Positions 57,420 through 64,000 of a stretch of DNA of 64,000 nucleotides are shown piece by piece. The position numbers were made by a program, and so were the translations under genes. Each line of letters opens with the position of its first letter. The stretch's first letter is position 1. The stretch comes from a virus (taxonomy: Duplodnaviria; Caudoviricetes): IMG/VR virus record IMGVR_UViG_3300046733_000629; one strand, written 5' to 3'. The notes under the pieces are model-generated. The model did no database searches and had not been told where the DNA came from. It saw only the letters and a program-made list of their open reading frames with translations.

Positions 57420-57812
57420 CTATTTTGCTTCGATGTCTTCCATACTTCCGTCACTATACTCAACTTCAAAATATTGAGTGCCGTCTTCTCTAGTACGAGC
57501 TTTACGACCAACTTCAGTTACTTTAGGCTTCTTGGGTTTTTCCTGTTTGTCAACAGGCTCTTTAGTTTCAATGTTGACATGTTGTTTCTCATCTTCTTTG
57601 ATACTAATATTTTTGCTGTCTGCACCTGGTACATTATCTTTGTAGAATTCTTTTGCAATTTTTTCTCGAGGAATTGTTACTTGGTTTCTATTGTCAATAA
57701 TATCACCACGAGCATTCAAGTTCATATTACTTACTGCTCTTGTTTTTTCGTGTTTTGCCGCAAGTGCCGCCATATCTAATGTACGCCCTTTGGCTGTTTT
57801 TACTGTTTTCAT
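57420..57812 (-). CDS. Hypothetical phage protein
   Basis: 130 aa; AVSNMNLNARGDII segment. Confidence 0.7.
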   Translation of the reverse strand: MKTVKTAKGRTLDMAALAAKHEKTRAVSNMNLNARGDIIDNRNQVTIPREKIAKEFYKDNVPGADSKNISIKEDEKQHVNIETKEPVDKQEKPKKPKVTEVGRKARTREDGTQYFEVEYSDGSMEDIEAK

Positions 57813-58315
57813 TTTAAAAACTCCTTGATATCAAGTTCATATTTAATGCTATCTATACGATGTATACCTAGCAAGTATAGACAGTAGCTAGCTACACTAC
57901 TACCTCTTCCTACTCCTAGTACAATGTTATGTTGTTCACATATGTTTGCTAAGTAAAGCAAGAATTTCAGCACTATTATCATACCTCGCTTATCGTATTC
58001 AATAAGCTCTTTATATACCCTGTCACGTTGTTGTGCTGAACTACAACGTTCCATTAACCATTCATGGATATTTATGTCGTAATATTCTGACGGCATATTC
58101 CATTTATTTAGGCAATCTTCTACATATGTATCACTGTTACTTTCGTAACTAGCTTTGATTATTCTATCTAAATCGAATGTTTGACACCATTCGTTATATG
58201 TATTTATGGGCTCTATATCGTCCATTATTACATTATCAAATTGTTTGCCAGTTAATACCCCATGCACTAAGTCTTCTTCAGTCATAACGTATTGTTTATT
58301 TTTATTCATATGCAT
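57809..58315 (-). CDS. DNA polymerase III alpha (DnaE)-like fragment
   Basis: RVYKEL...LGVGRGSSVASYCLYLLGIHRIDSIKY..EFL matches DnaE GPGRGS..GSL..Y.LGIT.IDP....FERFL; the ORF is only 168 aa. Confidence 0.75.
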   Translation of the reverse strand: MHMNKNKQYVMTEEDLVHGVLTGKQFDNVIMDDIEPINTYNEWCQTFDLDRIIKASYESNSDTYVEDCLNKWNMPSEYYDINIHEWLMERCSSAQQRDRVYKELIEYDKRGMIIVLKFLLYLANICEQHNIVLGVGRGSSVASYCLYLLGIHRIDSIKYELDIKEFLK

Positions 58316-58321
58316 CCTACT

Positions 58322-58350
58322 ATTATATTACTTTTTCTTGTAAAAGTCAA
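58322..58350 (-). promoter_or_regulatory. sigma70-type promoter
   Basis: Minus strand TTGACT (58350-58345), 17 nt, TATAAT (58327-58322). Confidence 0.7.
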
Positions 58351-58636
58351 GCATTTCATCTATTGATTCCGTCGGAGGTGGTAAGTCTAAATCACCTATT
58401 TCTAATGATGTTCCATCTTCCTCCATTTTACCATCTTTTGATTTTAGTAATGCTGTCTGTGATAACTGCATTTTATGATCTCTAATCAAATCAATAAACA
58501 AATTAATCTGATCAAGTATTCCACCACTCATTTGAGCTTTACTAGCCGCTAGTACTTTTTTAAGCATTTGTTTTTCAAACTCAATAGTTTCTTCTAACGT
58601 AAGCTGTTCTAATGGTTTACCTTGATAGTCAATCAT
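58328..58636 (-). CDS. Hypothetical protein
   Basis: 102 aa ORF. Confidence 0.65.
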   Translation of the reverse strand: MIDYQGKPLEQLTLEETIEFEKQMLKKVLAASKAQMSGGILDQINLFIDLIRDHKMQLSQTALLKSKDGKMEEDGTSLEIGDLDLPPPTESIDEMLDFYKKK

Positions 58637-59082
58637 CTCAACATATCCACACGTTCTTGATGTCTACCACCTTCAAATTTAGTGGTAAAAAATTTAGTAA
58701 TAATTTTTTTAGCTTTAGGCAAACTAGTGAAGTCTGCACCTAAACAAAGTATATTTGCATCGTTGTGTAGTCTAGACATTTCAGCTTCTTTTTCTGTTCT
58801 ACATACAACAGCTCTACAACGTGGTACTCGGTTGGCTGCGATTGATACACCATAACCTGATCCACAAATTATTATTCCAGTATTCATCAATTTACTAGAA
58901 ATATCTCTGGCTACAATTGATGCTATTTTTGGATAGTCAACTTTTTTATTTTCATATGGACCGCTATCAGCAAATACTGATATATCAAATCTTGGGTCCT
59001 TGTCAATTGGTGTTAACCATTTAGATATTTCATTTTTTAATTCATATCCTCTATGGTCTGATCCAATTACTAGATCGATCAT
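58633..59082 (-). CDS. rpiB: Ribose-5-phosphate isomerase B
   Basis: IGSDHRG, DYP, ICGSGYGVSIAANRV, HNDANILCLG, FEGGRHQERV. Confidence 0.93.
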   Translation of the reverse strand: MIDLVIGSDHRGYELKNEISKWLTPIDKDPRFDISVFADSGPYENKKVDYPKIASIVARDISSKLMNTGIIICGSGYGVSIAANRVPRCRAVVCRTEKEAEMSRLHNDANILCLGADFTSLPKAKKIITKFFTTKFEGGRHQERVDMLR

Positions 59083-59501
59083 ATATCACCGTCTTTTCTA
59101 TTCTCACTATAATGAGCATCAAATGATCCACCTGGGTAACGTTTTTCAAGTTTTTTAACATTTTCTGCAATAACTTCATTAGGGTCAATTCCTAATGCAC
59201 TACAACTGTTCATCCAATACCACATAATATCGCCAAGCTCTCGCATAGCGTGATACTGTGTGTCTTCATCCATAGGCTTACCTTGGAATACACACTTCTT
59301 TACAATTTCCATAAACTCGCCACCTTCAGCACTGATGCCAATAGCACCTGTCATAAGTTGTGCCATGTTTACTTTCATTTTGCTTTCAGTTGTTTCAATC
59401 TCAACAATACGATTATACATCTGCATACTTGAGAGTGATTCATTGCTTGTTACTTCTCGTACAAAATCTTTGTACTTGTTTAGATCAATCTGCTTGGTCA
59501 T
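59079..59501 (-). CDS. MazG-like nucleotide pyrophosphohydrolase
   Basis: EGGEFMEIVKK, ELGDIMWY, NVKKLEKRYP. Confidence 0.88.
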   Translation of the reverse strand: MTKQIDLNKYKDFVREVTSNESLSSMQMYNRIVEIETTESKMKVNMAQLMTGAIGISAEGGEFMEIVKKCVFQGKPMDEDTQYHAMRELGDIMWYWMNSCSALGIDPNEVIAENVKKLEKRYPGGSFDAHYSENRKDGDI

Positions 59502-59510
59502 TTTACTTCC

Positions 59511-59909
59511 TTAATTTTTTGTTGCGTCAGTTACTTCTGGTAATTTAAATGCGTTTGCATTTTCTTCTACTTTTTCCATGTCAAAGTTAATGCTTTCTCC
59601 ACAACCACAACTACTTGCCGCTGATGGATTAACAATTTCTAACATAGTACCCATAAGGTCTTGTTTAAGTTCAAGTGTTGTGCCTACTAAAAACATAATA
59701 CTTGAGCTGTCAACTGCCATCTTTTTTCCGTTATCCATAATTATAACATGATCTGCTTTCGTGTCAAGTTCTGATTCTTCTTTTAGTTTCCATTCGTAAC
59801 TAAAACCTGCACACCCACCTCCACGTAAACCTAATACTGGAATCTTATTATCATTTGATTCACTTATACCTGTTAAGTGATTCATAGCTTTTTCTGTAAT
59901 TTTAATCAT
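59511..59909 (-). CDS. A-type Fe-S carrier (IscA/SufA/ErpA, HesB family)
   Basis: GGGCAGFSY and NPSAASSCGCGES. Confidence 0.92.
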   Translation of the reverse strand: MIKITEKAMNHLTGISESNDNKIPVLGLRGGGCAGFSYEWKLKEESELDTKADHVIIMDNGKKMAVDSSSIMFLVGTTLELKQDLMGTMLEIVNPSAASSCGCGESINFDMEKVEENANAFKLPEVTDATKN

Positions 59910-60433
59910 TCTTTTGCTCCGTACAATTGGACCACGGGTAAATTATCGAGGCCCTTGTTGAGATATTCCAAGTTAACAAGTGTTACTGCCCCAATAACTT
60001 GGGCACCTGTTTGCTCAACCAATCTCTTAGTAGCTAACATGCTACCTCCGGTTGCTATTAGGTCATCTGCAATTAATACTCTGCTAGTATGACCAAGTAT
60101 ACCTTCTTGTAATGTTAGTGTATCACTTCCATATTCAAGTTCGTATGTTTCTTCTAATAGTACTCCTGGGTATTTAGCACCTTTTTTACGAACCATTGTA
60201 AAAGGTAATAACATTTCTTGAGCAAGTGCTGAACCTATTACAAATCCTCTACTCTCAATACCCACAATATGAGTAATGTACGACCCATCAAAATCTTCTT
60301 CGCATTGTGTTGCTAGAGATCTTACACAATCTCCCCATACGTTACTACTAAACAAACTATTTAAGTCGTAAAAGTTTATACCTTCGACAGGATAATCTGG
60401 TACTGTTCTTATAAAATTTTTAATCTGTTTCAT
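59906..60433 (-). CDS. apt: Adenine phosphoribosyltransferase
   Basis: IRTVPDYP..GINFYD, GIESRGF, VRKKG, LEYGSD, IADDLIATGGS. Confidence 0.93.
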   Translation of the reverse strand: MKQIKNFIRTVPDYPVEGINFYDLNSLFSSNVWGDCVRSLATQCEEDFDGSYITHIVGIESRGFVIGSALAQEMLLPFTMVRKKGAKYPGVLLEETYELEYGSDTLTLQEGILGHTSRVLIADDLIATGGSMLATKRLVEQTGAQVIGAVTLVNLEYLNKGLDNLPVVQLYGAKE

Positions 60434-60704
60434 CTATTGTATCCACATGTATTCCTTTTACCCAATGATACCACTCACGCCATTTACGTTTTGCACTTAC
60501 ATGGGTTGGGTCTTTTGCCCAGTCTGCGACATCTTCTCTACTCTTCCAAGTCGTAATTGTAATTTCAATGTCGCCAATTTCTTCACTTGTTAAACTAATA
60601 AAACCAGGATGCTTTTCACCCAAGTCTCTAACTCTAGTTACGTAGTCTTTATATTCGTCATTAAAGTTTTTAATTTTTGCTATAAAGAATACTTTTACTG
60701 CCAT
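60420..60704 (-). CDS. ABM (antibiotic biosynthesis monooxygenase)-domain protein
   Basis: HPGFIS...ITTWKS.EDV..W..DPTH..AK..W..WY pattern. Confidence 0.7.
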   Translation of the reverse strand: MAVKVFFIAKIKNFNDEYKDYVTRVRDLGEKHPGFISLTSEEIGDIEITITTWKSREDVADWAKDPTHVSAKRKWREWYHWVKGIHVDTIDETD

Positions 60705-60889
60705 TACATTACATGCTTTTTAAGTTTATCCATAATAGCACTGAACTCAGAAATCTCTTCGTTTAGTTCAGCAATTTCTTCATTAAGATCAGCAATACGA
60801 ATTTCGCTGTCTTCAATTTTACGCTGTCTATCACGTACCTTACGTTCTCTATCACGAATCTTTTTCTTATATGTATTTAACTCTGCCAT
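60704..60889 (-). CDS. Small coiled-coil protein
   Basis: Heptad-rich charged 61 aa ORF. Confidence 0.55.
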   Translation of the reverse strand: MAELNTYKKKIRDRERKVRDRQRKIEDSEIRIADLNEEIAELNEEISEFSAIMDKLKKHVM

Positions 60890-60891
60890 AA

Positions 60892-61236
60892 TTACTCCTG
60901 TTCCGGTGGATGAAAATCGTCTTCATTTGGAAAATCATAATACCCACTAGGGTCTGAAGTGTAGTATGGATCGTTATACATAGGATCGTCTTCACTTGTA
61001 ACACCTTTAATTTCAGGAATGAAATGCATTAGTGTTGACTCAACACCTTGTTTAAGTGTTTCAGTACTACTAGCACAACCACTACAACTTCCACTCATCT
61101 GAGTGTGAAGAATTCCTGTTTCTTCATTAAAGTTAATTATATTAATTTGCCCACCATGTTGTGCTACATTTGGATTAATATATTCTTCCATAACTTTATC
61201 AATTTGTTCAAGCAACTCTTCTTTAGACTTACTCAT
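60892..61236 (-). CDS. NifU C-terminal (Nfu) domain Fe-S carrier
   Basis: INPNVAQHGG...MSGSCSGCASSTETLKQGVE. Confidence 0.9.
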   Translation of the reverse strand: MSKSKEELLEQIDKVMEEYINPNVAQHGGQINIINFNEETGILHTQMSGSCSGCASSTETLKQGVESTLMHFIPEIKGVTSEDDPMYNDPYYTSDPSGYYDFPNEDDFHPPEQE

Positions 61237-61381
61237 ATTTGTACCTCGTTTTTCTAATATCCATCATATGGATACTACGTTCAATTTTATCTTCTTTACG
61301 TCTAGCAAATTTGTAACCAGCAAAAAAAGATAGTGCCATTACTGCTCCAATAGCTAGCAAGTGCCATACTAAAAATGTCAT
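61229..61381 (-). CDS. 50-aa single-TM small protein
   Basis: MTFLVWHLLAIGAVMALSFFAGYKFARRKED...; ATGA overlap upstream; below the ORF-track cutoff. Confidence 0.6.
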   Translation of the reverse strand: MTFLVWHLLAIGAVMALSFFAGYKFARRKEDKIERSIHMMDIRKTRYKYE

Positions 61382-61545
61382 ACTGTTTCTCCTTTGGTTA
61401 TCACCTCTTCAATTCGGTGATGTGGATATGCCTTCGGGCGTATCTCTTTAATCTTTTCTAAATATTTCTGTGCTTCTGTTTCTGAATGAAATCGTGCAAC
61501 AGAAATTTCGTCGTGTATTCTAGGTGTATAAATTATATCGTACAT
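61378..61545 (-). CDS. Small hypothetical protein
   Basis: AAGGA RBS before ATG 61545. Confidence 0.55.
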   Translation of the reverse strand: MYDIIYTPRIHDEISVARFHSETEAQKYLEKIKEIRPKAYPHHRIEEVITKGETV

Positions 61546-61555
61546 ATTATTTCCT

Positions 61556-62119
61556 TTATAAAACGTGTTCATGTTCAATGATATGCCAATACATTAATGC
61601 TTCATAGCCAAACCATAATCCAAATACTAAAAATGCAAAACGTGTAACTTTAAATAACACATGAGCTGATACTTTATTTTTAATTAATGGAAACATTCCA
61701 ACGACTATTGCAATTGCAACTGATGCAGACATCCAACTGTATAGTGTATTGTTACTTGCCATAAACATAAACATAAATATCTCAGAACTTTCTCTAGCAA
61801 AAATAACAAAGATTGTAACTAATGCGGCGATACTAGTACCTGATCCCATTTTTTGAATACTATCAACAATTTGCTGTCCCATTGTGTGTGAAGTAAAATA
61901 TAAGTAAATCATCATTGCTGATAAAAACCCATACATTAACCATTCATAAGGTTCTAGCAAGTTTCCTAGTTGCCAACCTAATACAAATCCTACAATAATT
62001 CCAGCAATAGCAGATGCATACATGCTCCAATTTAATTTGATGAATGTTGTAATCATCAATGTTATAAACATTATCTCTAATGCTTCTCTTCCTACTAATA
62101 TAAACGGTGCAATAAGCAT
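61556..62119 (-). CDS. FTR1/EfeU-family iron permease
   Basis: Two RExxE motifs (GREALE, ARESSE) in a polytopic membrane protein; GGAGA RBS before ATG 62119. Confidence 0.85.
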   Translation of the reverse strand: MLIAPFILVGREALEIMFITLMITTFIKLNWSMYASAIAGIIVGFVLGWQLGNLLEPYEWLMYGFLSAMMIYLYFTSHTMGQQIVDSIQKMGSGTSIAALVTIFVIFARESSEIFMFMFMASNNTLYSWMSASVAIAIVVGMFPLIKNKVSAHVLFKVTRFAFLVFGLWFGYEALMYWHIIEHEHVL

Positions 62120-62120
62120 G

Positions 62121-62465
62121 TTAATCTCCTTCTCCTGGTTTTTCAGATAGTAATTCACGTTTGTTTGGTTTATCTTTCCATTCTGCAGCATCTGCAGGTG
62201 GATCTTTCATTGTAGTTATGTTTGGCCATTTTTCAGACATATCGGTATTGACTTTCATCCAATAGGCTAGTTCTGTGCCTTCGATAGCACCATCAGCAAC
62301 AATTGCATCTACTGGACATTCGGGTTCACATACACCACAGTCAATACATTCATCTGGATTTATTACTAGAAAGTTTTCACCTTCATAGAAACAATCAACA
62401 GGACAAACTTCAACGCAGTCAGTATGTTTACATTTAATACAATTTTCTGTTACTAAATATGTCAT
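62121..62465 (-). CDS. fdxA: 7Fe/8Fe ferredoxin, FdxA type
   Basis: [23 protein letters not shown]...[12 protein letters not shown]. Confidence 0.93.
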   Translation of the reverse strand: MTYLVTENCIKCKHTDCVEVCPVDCFYEGENFLVINPDECIDCGVCEPECPVDAIVADGAIEGTELAYWMKVNTDMSEKWPNITTMKDPPADAAEWKDKPNKRELLSEKPGEGD

Positions 62466-62762
62466 TTATACTCCTAAAATTAATCTTGTATCTTCGCTCA
62501 TTTTATCTGGTCCAAAAGGCGGATCAAATGTTATTTTAACATCGCATGTTTCGACGTTATCTACTTTTGTTACTGCTTCGTGGACTTCCGCTATGATCTC
62601 GTCTGCGGCAGGACAGAACGCACTAGTTAATGTCATAACAATATCAACGTGTGCTTTATTAATATTTATTTCATAAATTAAACCCAAATCATATACGTTT
62701 ATACTGATCTCTGGGTCATATACTACTTTTAAATTTTCAATAATCTTTTCTTTATCTATCAT
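62466..62762 (-). CDS. DUF59 / SufT-like Fe-S assembly protein
   Basis: VYDPEISINVYDLGLIY, MTLTSAFCP, TFDPPF. Confidence 0.9.
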   Translation of the reverse strand: MIDKEKIIENLKVVYDPEISINVYDLGLIYEININKAHVDIVMTLTSAFCPAADEIIAEVHEAVTKVDNVETCDVKITFDPPFGPDKMSEDTRLILGV

Positions 62763-63739
62763 ATATTTTCTATTAGTGGTTTTATTCTTTTCTTTAATTG
62801 TTTCGCCCATAACACATGGCCTTTTTCATTAAGGTGATTACATTTACATTGATGCGACATAGATATTGGTCCATCAACTTGTAGCCATCCTCCTTCATCG
62901 GATGTTCCATCAAGACAATTAAGTCGTTCTCTTATTGATTGATCAAAGTTAATAAGGTGATCAAATAATGTACTAGTATCACCTAGCATCATTTTTCCAA
63001 TCTTGTACCAAATACTTCTAGCATCAAGTGATTCCCATAAAAATTCTACACCAGAACTGACAGCTATGTTTTTAATAGCTTCTATCTTTATCAGATCATC
63101 TAAACAAGCCGCTGGCCCCATTCCATCAAGTATGTGTACTTGTTTATAAGTGTCTAATATTTTTTTAGCATATGCTATCTCACTAGGAGTTAATGGATGC
63201 TCTAAAGGTTGCCAAAACTTCTTTGTTACACCTCTTCTCCAATCCTGCATACTAGCAGATTGATATAATGCATTGCATATATCATTATCACCCCAATGAT
63301 CAACTAGACCTCTGCCCCAACGTTCATTTAGTTGTAAATAAGATTCCAATGAAGCTCTACCAAATTGATTATTACTACCTGTTTTTGGGTCAGTAAATAC
63401 ATAAGGTCTATTAGCAACAGAATTATAAGGTACTGCACTTTGTCCATTAAGAAGTCTAGCTTCTAATACCATTAATTTACAGTTTGGATCTTTAAGTACA
63501 CCTCTAGTAACCAACTCGTTTGTTGCTTGTAATAGTTCTGAGTTATTACACCCAGGTAAACCTATCTTAATACATTCTAATCCTAGTTGTTGAGCTACCT
63601 GTTCGTGAGCAGTTTTTCCACTTATTACGCCGTCCTCATAATCGTCACAACATCCAAAAGTGTGACTAGTACCTAATGCTACCATAAACGGCTTATTAGG
63701 TACTACCAAAGGTGGTTTATTGTCTAGCTTTCTACTCAT
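62759..63739 (-). CDS. SGNH/GDSL-like protein
   Basis: ALGTSHTFG, IGLPGCNN, CNHLNEKGHVLWA. Confidence 0.6.
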   Translation of the reverse strand: MSRKLDNKPPLVVPNKPFMVALGTSHTFGCCDDYEDGVISGKTAHEQVAQQLGLECIKIGLPGCNNSELLQATNELVTRGVLKDPNCKLMVLEARLLNGQSAVPYNSVANRPYVFTDPKTGSNNQFGRASLESYLQLNERWGRGLVDHWGDNDICNALYQSASMQDWRRGVTKKFWQPLEHPLTPSEIAYAKKILDTYKQVHILDGMGPAACLDDLIKIEAIKNIAVSSGVEFLWESLDARSIWYKIGKMMLGDTSTLFDHLINFDQSIRERLNCLDGTSDEGGWLQVDGPISMSHQCKCNHLNEKGHVLWAKQLKKRIKPLIENI

Positions 63740-63999
63740 TATTGAGAACTTGGTGAGTAGATAGCACTGTTTGCACCATGCTCACTACACTCTGCTGATT
63801 CACACCAGCAACGATCATCACTCATTTCTCGTATAAGTTTATCTGCAAATGCCCATGCATGTTCTGCAAACTTTTCTGCACCAACTCCGTCAAACAATCT
63901 AATTTCTGCTAAGTTCATAGCATCAAGTTCTTTGAACTTCTCAAGATGGGGATCGTTTTTGTCTAAGCATAATTTATGATCAAAATGATCTTCAAGCCA
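63739..63999 (-). CDS. 6-pyruvoyl-tetrahydropterin synthase / QueD-like protein, 3' end (partial)
   Basis: Minus-strand translation WLEDHFDHKLCLDKNDPH...VGAEKFAEHAW...ECSEHGANSAIY*; not in the ORF track. Confidence 0.75.
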   Translation of the reverse strand, partial: WLEDHFDHKLCLDKNDPHLEKFKELDAMNLAEIRLFDGVGAEKFAEHAWAFADKLIREMSDDRCWCESAECSEHGANSAIYSPSSQ

Positions 64000-64000
64000 T

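Noticed and set aside
685-61257. Numerous short opposite-strand or alternate-frame ORFs in the track (e.g. 998..1204, 10603..10866, 12856..13203, 21159..21548, 55327..55641, 60609..60950)
   Set aside because: They lie within or antisense to well-supported genes, lack RBS or motifs, and are shadow ORFs.
1-64000. Cellular (bacterial) chromosome origin, suggested by metK, prs, apt, rpiB, fdxA and clpP
   Set aside because: The housekeeping-like genes are interspersed with T4-like RNase H, an RFC clamp loader, a DnaE fragment, many short hypothetical ORFs and phage-type promoter patterns, and no ribosomal or tRNA-synthetase context is present. A phage is more likely, though no capsid or terminase gene is in the window to prove it.
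1-64000. CRISPR array, tRNA or rRNA genes
   Set aside because: No regularly spaced direct repeats and no cloverleaf or rRNA-like segment seen; intergenic gaps are mostly under 100 nt.
1-64000. Stop-codon reassignment or selenocysteine readthrough
   Set aside because: Recognisable proteins are full length under the standard code and end at TAA, TAG or TGA with coupled downstream starts.

Overview
An AT-rich, densely coding 64 kb segment, most consistent with a large (jumbo-type, probably marine) tailed dsDNA phage. Evidence for a phage origin: T4-like RNase H, RFC clamp loader, ThyX, MazG, GroES, a DnaE fragment, strong sigma70 promoters and ATAAATA late-promoter-like motifs, with no rRNA, tRNA or ribosomal genes. 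Bases 1-49566 are almost entirely on the + strand and 49567-64000 on the - strand. The dominant feature is a ~34 kb enzyme cluster (15143-49566). It encodes 15 CxxxCxxC radical SAM proteins (11 with an N-terminal twitch-type Cys domain), 2 stand-alone SPASM-type domains, 3 amidinotransferases, 3 Fe(II)-oxygenase-like proteins (one KdoO-like), a PLP enzyme, 2 SGNH proteins, sulfotransferase-, SDR- and nitroreductase-like proteins, an MTA/SAH nucleosidase and one virion-like Ig-domain protein. The flanks encode much of what such a cluster would consume or recycle: SAM synthesis (metK), iron uptake (FTR1), Fe-S carriers (IscA/ErpA, NifU-C, DUF59), ferredoxin and adenine salvage (apt, prs, rpiB). 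The cluster's product is not known. A tailored glycan or aminocyclitol decorating the virion is my leading inference, and DNA or host-surface modification are alternatives. All family assignments come from motif recognition by eye, without database searches.
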